Of a DNA stretch of 64,000 bases, positions 53,547 to 64,000 are shown piece after piece. This stretch comes from Octopus sinensis (taxonomy: Eukaryota): the NCBI RefSeq assembly GCF_006345805.1, contig NC_042998.1:16492001-16556000 (forward strand), in the 5' to 3' direction. Numbering within the stretch: position 1 is the stretch's first letter; each line of letters starts with the position of its first letter. A program made the position numbers and the translations under genes. The notes below the pieces were generated by a model. The model did not search any database, was not told the DNA's origin, and saw nothing but the letters and a program-made list of their open reading frames with translations.

Positions 53547-54826
53547 TAGGCGAAATCAACTTCTATTAAATATATCTACAAATGTAAAATAATAAGAGTT
53601 GATGGTATATCAACTACACTTGTGCATTAGTGTAAACAATCGCTGATCTTGAGACAGCACTAAATATCAATGTATGGAATGGGTCACAAGTTCCGAAAGT
53701 TTGAGGAAATTCTACACTGATATCAGTTGAAAAGTAAAGTACGTAGTAACAATCATCTATGGCTAATTATCCATTTCAAGAGATATATCCCCTGTGATGG
53801 ATGGAATTATCCAGTGGGCTACTATATTTGGCTATACCCAGATGTTTTCTAGAGCAGTTGTAAAAATCAAATTATTCAAGTCCAAATGCAGTAAAGTGAG
53901 AGTACAAATGTTTTATGCTTTGTCTGAATATCTTGCGTCATGTAAACTATAAGATTACAACCATCTGCTTACAACAACAATTAATACTTAGTAATTAGAT
54001 AAGCATTTCCTTGAGATTTGAATCTATTCAAACTGAGTATTGCTTTTGTGCAACAAAGATTCCTGGATTAGAAACATTAAAAGTAATACCGATTACTACT
54101 GCAAAGTATGTGGGAACAATTTGTAGTGGGTATATTCGTTAGTTTAACACAATTGTCTATTGAACTCGATTCTGATAATGCAGCATTTGACTTGAAGAAA
54201 TACAATAACTAAATTTAGTGGTGCACCTGAGATTTTCACGATAGTGAACAGTAAATATTTTTCATCGCGTAAAGGGTTTACATTTGAGCAACAAAAATTT
54301 AGTAACGGAGACTAAGTCTATTATTCAATGTAAATCTGGGGCGAGTTTGTGAGTTTTGTCGAGAAATGTTTAGGCTACATGAGATCTCGCAGAGAGAGAG
54401 ATTCAACGAGAGACAGTGGCATGGTGTCCTGGTCGGTACCAAGAAGTCATCCGATACCGATGTGAGAAAAAAACACCAATACGCGCGATCTGAACCCTAT
54501 TGAAAACCCTCGAAAAACGATGTGTCATATAGATATTTCAAGCGTATTTAATGAGAAACTGAGAAATATCTAACGAATAACTAAAAGCAAAGAAATAACC
54601 GGTAATTAGCCATAGTTAATTGTTGCTACGTACCTCGCTTTTCAGCTGATATCAGTGTAGAATCACCTCAACCTTTCAGAACTCTTGACCCATTCCATAA
54701 ATTGATATGTAGTGCTGTCTCAAGATCAACGATTGTTTACATTAATGCACAAGTGTAGTTGATATACCATCAACTCTTAGTATTTTTCATATGTAGGTAT
54801 ATTTAATAGAATTTTTGATATCCTCC
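53547..54826 (+). mobile_element. Tc1/mariner-family relic with about 210-230-bp TIRs
   Basis: 53561-53770 is an inverted copy of 54603-54811 (e.g. GAGTTGATGGTATATCAACTACACTTGTGCATT). Internal 54487-54507 encodes DLNPIEN, the Tc1 (SP)DLNPIEN catalytic-region motif. Confidence 0.75.
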
Positions 54827-56885
54827 AAATAACAAGCATTGTTCATTTCTACAATTTTATGATGTTATCACCTGTAGTAGATAGATTACCTTTAGTATTA
54901 TAGATTAAATTATATCCTCCTTGGGAATGGAGGAATAGGCGAACGGAAAAGCATTTCTGAGGAAAATATATCTCTTTTAATAAGATGTAGACAGTTTTAG
55001 AACGTTGTTTTGTCTACGGCCAGTTAAATACCTGTGAATAAGGTCACCTAGCACACTCCACTTCTTGGTCTCATATTTCCCAGTGATCTTTCTTCTATTT
55101 CTAAAACATCTTACGGAGTTAAATTTCATTTACGCTGTTAATAGTGTCATGCGCAATTGGCTGATGCCCATTTATTTTTGTGATATACTTCAATGAACCA
55201 ATTTTTATTTGTTTTTGCTTATCCCGAAACACATGTTTTTGTTGTACTAGCATAAACTTAGTTTAAACTCTGATTCCCAAGCATCAGTCAATGGGTTTGT
55301 TACATATCGTAGATATGTAGTCGCTATATCTTGGAATTTTCGACATTCAGGCATTTCGGAAACTTTTTTTATTACAAATTTCTGCCTCACATCTAGATTG
55401 AGATTTGCACGTATAAGTCAATGATTCTACCGACGACCTTACAGACACCAAATACCAACATTACAGAAAAGAGTAATATACGGTTTTTGCAAATTATAAA
55501 GTCATATTCTTTCGTTCAAGAGTTTATCCAAGTAAATTATATTTAGGTTTGTGTTGAATATTTTTTCCTTATAAGTCCTAACTCAGAATGTAGCTGCAAC
55601 GAGAGTAAACAGCTATATATTTTAACGTATGCAAAAGCGTACCAAACCACATCGTGTATTGAAATTACAACATAAATATTTATTAAACTCAGTAGTGAGA
55701 ATAGTATCTCCATTTGTTAGAGTGAAACAAAATTTAATAGCTAAACACGCTGGTAAAGAAAAATAGCTTCGTACGCTGAATAAAGTGGTGCACAGAGAGA
55801 AATAAAAATCGCATTATACGCCACAAACAATAGGAAACAGAGTTTGACGATGCATTCACTCATACTTGAGGGCAAATCGTGTAGCTTAGAAGCTGGTTAT
55901 TCTTTGTTACATGAACAATGTCAATTTATCTTCTGTAAATCTATCGGTCTGCCAACCTAAAACATAATGCAACAACTACCTGTGAGATTTAGTGGTCCCC
56001 TGCAGCGACATCGAACTTGTATCGGTCATAATCTGTTGCATCGAGAGTAGTACTATAGCCAGATCTTTATTTTTAATCTTCCACAAGCGTTCGCATATTC
56101 TAGCGTAACATCAATAGATGTGCCATTAAGTTGAGACAAATTAACCGGCGCGTATAAGAAGTAATGTTTAGCACACCATTCCTTGTCAGTCGACTCTTTA
56201 ATGAATAAGCAGTATCTCCTTGAAATAAATCTATTCTGTTTCCTATTTAAGAAAACGGTTTTTAGTGAGAGCATCAACGGACAAATATACAGGTTTGTCA
56301 GTAAAAGTACAGCAAGAGAAAATTTTCTGTTATCTTCTATCCCCGAAGATATATTTCAATGTTGAGTACTAGTTAAGAGACACATAGTTCTCAACTGATA
56401 CACAGTAAAAGTAGTAAAAGTGACTGATTTAGAGGGAAAAAACGAATTCTCTCTTTGTTTCTCAGATACCATACATCAGTAAACCTACATGAAAGATTAT
56501 ATTTGATTTTACTTCCATTTGTCATCGCCAAACATGACAAAACACAGGAAAATATGGGTATATAAGCCGGAGATTTCCGTTCCATCTTTGGATATTATGA
56601 AAAGTTTATACACCCTTCTCTCTCAGGTGACCTTAGAATACGACATAATTTGGGGATTATGTCCCTGTGATTTGGCGAGAGATCCGATTACCCTAAACCG
56701 GAGACATCCGCATTTTCAAAGAAGACAAATAAGGTGCATACACAGAATCACGAATAAGCAGTCACACACACGTACTCCACATACGCAAATGCGCAAACAC
56801 ACATTTGTAAGTGTGTGCAACATACATATATAGTATCCATATATTACAAACATTATGCTTTAATATGCGTGTATGCAGGTATGAT

Positions 56886-56983
<98 letters not shown>

Positions 56984-57590
56984 ATATACATATATATATA
57001 TACATGTATGTATATATACATATATATATATATGTATATATGTAGATATATATATGTATATATGTGTATGTATATCTTTCTATGTATTTGAATATAATTA
57101 TACTTATATAACTTTATATATATATTATATATATATATATATTTATATATATATGCTGTTAAGTACCTACATACCATATACAAATATCTGTGTGTATTTA
57201 CTTGTGCGTAGCGATGTACGTAACGCCGCGTGTTTTAATATGCATAGTTGCTTCTATTAAACATTGCCAAATCTCATTCGAATTTATTCTCACACCCGAA
57301 AGATCAAACTGATAGAATTTTAATTTAACAGACTCTGAAAAACGTATTTAATGATTGGATTCACAAATTGTAATAATAGTTGTTATATAAATAAAAAAAA
57401 AGTTATAATTGAATATACACAAAGCTTCCCCCCATCTCTACGAAATATATATACATTATGTATGTTGAGAGATACATATATATGTATACATATATATACA
57501 TATTTATACGTACACATACACACATATATACATATATACATACATGTATTAGCAAATACATATAAATATATTTTATATATATATGTGCCT

Positions 57591-57623
<33 letters not shown>

Positions 57624-57624
57624 C

Positions 57625-57753
<129 letters not shown>

Positions 57754-58869
57754 ATATTCCAATAAAGAGGAACATATAAATTTATATATACTAAAACCAG
57801 TACACTTCATTTATTTTTAAAGTGAGACATCGTTTCTCTTCATCATTATTAATTTGTTAAAATTAAGCACAGAATTTAATATTGTTGTTGAAGAATAAAT
57901 ATTCCATAAACAGTGAAAAAGTTAATTTTGTTTCACTAACTTTAATATCAGCATATTCAATCACTCTCATGAATATACATACATATATATACATACAAGA
58001 ATATACGCTTGTGCACACTCACTCACGCGTATACTCACATTCACACATATGAATTACATGTGAGTATTGTATTCACGCATACATGTGTGTGTATGTGTAT
58101 GTATATGCTTATATTTACATGCATATATGTATTTTTGTATATATATATATATATATATGTAGATATGTAGGTATATTTCTGTAACTATGTTTATGTAAAT
58201 GTGAGATATATTTTTGTTTAAGAATCTTTTATTAAAATTGTTCGACTGCATTGAAGTTTTCCTTTATTGTTGTGTTTAGAAATGACTTTGTTTTATTAAT
58301 CTTGTATTTTGCATGAAATATCTTTTTTGGCGGTGTTATTGTTTGCACATGTTACTGCTGTAGCGTAAGTGTCAGATATTCTTTTTCGGTTATGTTAACG
58401 ACAAAATATACGGTGTTTTCGAATATTTGCACATGAACTTCGGATTTCCTTAGTTAACAGAGAAGCGTTATACTCTGTCTCTCACTATCGCTGGCAATGT
58501 ATGTGATCCCTGTTTTCAATGTGTTTTACACTGAAACAAACAAGTATATAGACAGTGATATATGTTTGCATTAAGTTAAAGTGAGTTGTTAGATATAGAA
58601 CCTTGTAAAAACTCCTTAATCGCAATTCCAGAACATTCAAGTTCACGTACAAAAATTTGTAACATCCCTGAGCAAACATCTCTGGGAGTTAAACGAAAGC
58701 ATATTTGCCGCGAGTGAGTAAAAAGGGTGCTTATAGACTGTGCAATACCATGAGAAATATCCGTTAATCTCACGAAATAGTAAGACAAATGATACAAACA
58801 CGAAATTGAATTCAAATTCAAAAACTATACTTATATTTTCTATCGAAGCCGAATTCCTGATGTAGGCCA

Positions 58870-59320
58870 AGAATTTCAGTGCTGGAAGCAGAGAATGAAG
58901 GTGTCCTATTGGCGGTAAAAGATCAAAGTTTGCTTACAAAAAACTACCAGGATTTCTTCAGAACATTTCTGATCCTAAATGCAGATTCTTCAACACGTTT
59001 TACCATGCAATAGACCACCTCGTCTCGGGATGTCCTGCGCTGAAACCAAACGAATACAGAAATCCCTACGATAGAGTAAGACCATACTTACATATTAAAA
59101 AATGTAAACACTAGAAAATCAGCAATCATGTTTACTGGTATGAACATTATCCTGAGTCAGGCATTGAAGGTAAACATACCACTATCGTTTGGGATTTTCC
59201 ATTCACCACTGACAGAAAGATCCAAGGTAATCGAGCAGACATGATTATTAAAGTCAGGGAAGAAAATACTTGTAGACTAAGTGTTCTCGCCGATAAAAAT
59301 ATATCTGTAAATAATGTATT
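58870..59320 (+). mobile_element. Degenerate R4/Dong-like LINE fragment (CCHC region to RLE)
   Basis: ENEGVLLAVKDQSLLTKNY...CRFF...IDHLVSGCPAL...WDFPFTTDRKIQGNRADMII. Confidence 0.8.
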
Positions 59321-59480
59321 ACAATTTTTCCCTACTTCCCTTCCCAAACTTACACCCATAATGAAACGTCTCTTATACTTCACTCACTCCAGGACGACGC
59401 TGAATGTGCCTTGGCAAGTGACTGTAAGAACCATGCAGATCAATAGTAAAATAATAATAATAATGATAATAATAATAATC

Positions 59481-59535
<55 letters not shown>

Positions 59536-59577
59536 TGATGATCATGATGATGATATTAATAATAATAATAATAATAA

Positions 59578-59976
59578 GTTGTCAGAGATCATGAAGAAAA
59601 AAATGCTTTCTAATTGATGTATCAATACCGGCAGATGACAACGAGTGTCTAAAAGAAATGGGGAAACTCTCAAAATACAAAAACCTGGAAATAGAGGTAA
59701 CTAGAATGTGGAATCTAAAAACAGAAACAATTCCTATCATAGTAGGCGCATTAGGCATGATAAAAAAATATTCAGACAAATACATAACAAAAACACCAGG
59801 ACTTACAAACACAAATAACATACAGAAAATTGCACTACTAGGCACCGCACACATCCTACGCAGAAGACTTTCCATACAATAACCATCAGAGCATCATAAC
59901 AAATCACAGCACATACCCAAGGCATACAGAGCTGCGCTCGGTAGTGAAGTGAAAGCACGCTACTAAAATAAAACTA

Positions 59977-59980
<4 letters not shown>
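59578..59980 (+). mobile_element. 5'-truncated R4/Dong-like LINE 3' end flanked by (AAT)n (59448-59577 and 59981-60040)
   Basis: LIDVSIP...KLSKYKNLEIEVTRMWNLKTETIPIIVGALG...GTAHILRRRLSIQ* plus 3' UTR shared with 36421-36612. Confidence 0.9.
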
Positions 59981-60069
<89 letters not shown>

Positions 60070-60461
60070 AAGATGAAGAACTGTATGTACATTATTCCCA
60101 TCATGACTACTCGTCTGATAAAGATACACCAGGCACATGCATCATAACCATATGTGCACGACATGGTGATCTCATATCAAGATAAACAGCACATGATCTT
60201 GCAGGTGGGGACCAGTTAGAATTTTCTTGTTGTTGAGTAACCCATCCTGCTCTAAAGGTCCCTGAATAAGGATTGTTTAAGGACGTTGAATAAAACACTC
60301 ATGATTCCGGAGGTGAATTATTCAAACCCCAAAGAATCCCTCTGAACACATGGCTATGATACTCCCTCACTACTTCTGCTCGTGATCAGAGATGTGCATA
60401 TCGTCAGTCACTAAGGGACATGCTCAACTGGTTAAGGTCAAACAACAAATTGCGCTCTTAT

Positions 60462-60720
60462 CACTTTCTGATGTGTTGTCTATTCTGTATTTGATGTAAT
60501 TCGTTCTTAGTGATTGCTGCTGTGTATCACAGATTACAGCTTCTATTTCCATTTTGAAATCCCTTTTAGTCAGCCACTGCTGTCTTTTTCTGTATCATCG
60601 TCAATACCCATATAAAATTGTCCATGCATTCTTTTCTTTATGCACCTAGTTTCAGTTTCATTCATTCTCAAATGTTTGTACTGTGCTTTTCCACTTTTCT
60701 GGGAAAATATTTGCTCCCGT
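60462..60720 (-). mobile_element. R4/Dong-like LINE internal fragment
   Basis: Minus strand gives KRMHGQFY...QWLTKRDFKMEIEAVICDTQQQSLRTNYIKYRIDNTSES. Confidence 0.75.
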
Positions 60721-62519
60721 CAACCTTTCATATTCCTCCAATGATGTGCCGACCACCTCTATTTCTGAGGTGTCCGACACCACAAATGTGATGTCCGCAT
60801 AAGCCGACAAGGCGCTTCTGCGTCAAGGTTCGAGCGGCATACACTGCAGCAGATGCAGTTTCTGCAATAAAGGCTGAAGTGTCAATATGTACAGAAGCGA
60901 GGATATAGAACAGTCTTCTCAGACCGATCTGGATATCTGAAACGGTTCTGGGAAATTGCGATTAAATTTGGCCACCGAGAATGCCGTTGAGCATTGCAGC
61001 GTTCTAACCTCTGAAAGCGGAGCCGAAAACAGCGTCTTTGGAGACAGCACCCATGTAGCTATGAACGACTTATGGAATGCTTCTTTCATTAATCTAAATT
61101 TATCACCACCCCACTGAAACCCTACATTTTCTATGATGTTTCGCATAAGGTTGAAGTTCTTGCGTAAGGACGTATTCGGGATTGTGCAAGCCAAATCCTC
61201 GATAACAATGAGTGATATCTCTGTTGCAAAATATTTTGATATTTTCTTTAAGTGTGTAGATTTTATTTATTGTTTGTGTTGTATTCACTGGAGACCAATT
61301 TTCTCTAGCTATTGTTGAATCAAATATTATTTGTAAATTTTAACAATTCTAGTCAACAGATGTCAAAATGTATTAAAAGACTCTTCGCAGAAAATTACTT
61401 AATAGATTCGTGCATGAAACGTGCACTAACTATTAGCTCAATAGCCCAAATATTTCGAATTATTATATTTCAGCGTTATAAAACTTATGTATTTTGTTAA
61501 AAACTTCAGCACACCTAGAAGAATATCCTTTATAAATAAATGTCTTCGAGGACTTTGTTATATATATAGGAATTTCTGTATATTTTATACATCATCTTAA
61601 AGGCTCATTCGAAATATTTATTGTAACCAATGTTAAACCAAACACAAAGAAATATTGTCTATGTAAATTTGTAAACATCTCTACATTTTTCACAAATCAA
61701 ATATTATACGAGAAGATATTTTATACAAGATATAGTATTTCGATATAAATACCATTCAAATCTCACGCTCTCCAACGGAATTAATAGAACAACAGTGCAA
61801 ATGTCATCGAATTGTTCAATAAAATAGATAAATACCAAGTCATGGGGTTTCACGCACTTTGATAGCGTTGACTTATTTCTATCAATAAGGAATCATCTAT
61901 TAACAAATCCTCTAGACATCACTGATATCAAGTAACCAATAAAAAAAATAGACTTTGTCACACATTAAAAGAAATAAGTCTTAATTGCTGGATAAAAATT
62001 AAGCAATGTTTCCTTCGATATTATAATGGTAGCCTAAGACTGAGCTGTAACATTGGCCCTGAGAGGACAATATACCCAGAGTTTTTGCAAGATATGTACT
62101 AAGTCCAGAACAGTGCTATACAGGGACAAAAACTCATCTATGTACCGAAATATGGATGCAAACGAAATTTGATGAATTCAAAACGAACTAAATGGATATT
62201 TCTTTTTAAATATTGACATGAGAATAAATACAGAAGGAAACCTAATAGTAGTAAAGTACCTACACTTAATGTTCAACCTCACAGCGGGAAAGCACTATCT
62301 TTAAAAAAGGCCCAAAATTGCACATTCATACATAAATATAACTTCCGAGTCATCCACCGTCCATTCCATTTATTTACATACACACACAAACACACAGGCA
62401 TGTATATATGTATGTGTATTCACACACGCACACATACACACACACACACACACACTTTTACATATATACATGGCGGCTACGTACCCACCTTTTGACCCTA
62501 TGCGTAAGTATATTACTCT

Positions 62520-62800
62520 CTAACATTGGTACGACTCTACTACACTGTCTCTTTTTCCCCCCTCTCCTACATTTCTCTGCCTTCACCCTTTGCACTCCCC
62601 TTGATCTGTCTCTTTCCCTCTCTTTCTTCTCCTCCCTTGTTCCCCTTCTTTCTTTCTCTCTTCCTCCGTCCCCGCTCTCCCACATTTCTCTGCCTCTCAC
62701 ACCTTACACCCCACTTGACCTGTCCCTTTCCCTCTCTTGCTTCTCCTCCCTTGTTCCCCTTCTTTCTCTCTTCATCTGTCCCTTTCTCCTCTCTTTTGTG
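62520..62800. repeat. Polypyrimidine tract with an ~114-bp imperfect tandem duplication
   Basis: CAC.CC..TTGA.CTGTC.CTTTCCCTCTCTT.CTTCTCCTCCCTTGTTCCCCTTCTTTCT begins at about 62593 and about 62707. Confidence 0.8.
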
Positions 62801-63803
62801 CTCACGTGACCAGCCAGCTACTACTGCCTTTTCGCATCAAGTAGTCAGTGTGGCAACACGTATTTGTTTGTGCTCCGTTGCCTTCTGGCACTTTCCACAG
62901 CCAGCCCTATACTTAACCCGTCCTGTCGAAAGACGCTTGTCCTGACGTCCTGGTTTTGTTATTAATGTTTTTACGTATTTTGTATTCTTATTCGTGCTAT
63001 CATTATTGTTTTTACGTATTTTTGTATTTTAATTCGTGTAACATCGTCCGTTTTCCGTCACTGTGTTGTATACTTTCGAGGCTTTCTTCCAAGGAATCTA
63101 ATGCTATTGGCTTAGATTTCCCTTGGTGGCTGCCCAGATCGGAGCAATCTCAAGATTAATCAGCCGAAATTGCGAAGATGATCTGGTTCTTGACTGATGA
63201 CTGAGGCCTTCGAAAGTCCCGTCCGTGTTTTTTGTCGTCTTCTAAATGTTTCACGTTCTTGTCCCAGTTTGTGTATTTTTGTTACTTTTACAAATATATA
63301 TATAGTTGTATATTTTTGTACACACAGATTTATATATATCTCCGTTCTATGAGAAATTTCAAAATAACAATTAACAACCCCAGATTTAAACAATACCATT
63401 TAAAAGCTGATGTCTATAATCTGAAACTCACACGCATACACACACACATACATACACACACTTAAATATATATTGTTATAAGTAAACCCTAAAGGCAGTG
63501 CATATTAATTTAGCAGTAAACTGCATGATTCAAAAGATTTATCATTATCAGTGACACACCTGTATTTTTCCAATTGCGTTCAAATTGTTCTCGTTTACAA
63601 AAATGAAACGCATACAACTGGTGATATTGTCCTTGCGCCAATTATATCGCATTAAACTCCTAGAACATATGAGAAAACATGTCCGATTTATCTATCATAT
63701 TCTATTTCACATATTCGTAACATATGACATCTTACTATTGTATGTATGTATACACACATACGCACATTTTTCTCGATATCTTTCCTCTCCACCTGTCTGT
63801 CTA

Positions 63804-63838
<35 letters not shown>

Positions 63839-63843
63839 CTCTG

Positions 63844-63917
<74 letters not shown>

Positions 63918-64000
63918 GCAGAGAGCGATAGGGAGAGATTGAGAGACTGATAGATGATTAGATAGCTAGTTATACACACACACCCAGATGTATATATATA

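Noticed and set aside
63190-63225. CTGATGA...CGAAAGTCCCGTC hammerhead-like words
   Set aside because: Stems I, II and III do not pair.

Overview
AT-rich, microsatellite-dense eukaryotic genomic DNA. The repeat families look like those of octopus/coleoid cephalopods; this is an inference from recalled repeat sequences, not a database match. I could not recognise any intact host protein-coding gene, and most ORFs in the track are microsatellite artefacts. The window is mainly (TA)n/(CA)n/(AAT)n arrays, three or more tRNA-derived SINE families, and decayed retroelements: R4/Dong-like RLE LINEs stacked in (AAT)n arrays, CR1-like and RTE-like 3' ends, and a Penelope-like RT plus GIY-YIG relic. It also holds a Tc1/mariner relic, five long inverted-repeat structures and a probably artefactual tandem duplication at 46.3-47.9 kb. 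The most interesting signal, invisible in the ORF track, is a set of short, mostly (TA)n-flanked elements from at least five unrelated families that carry type I hammerhead or hammerhead-like RNA motifs. These include a near-canonical ribozyme at 12803-12853 with an inverted partner copy, and a motif at 27033-27082 with all three stems paired (stem III minimal) whose core has the C3-G8 pair swapped to G3-C8.
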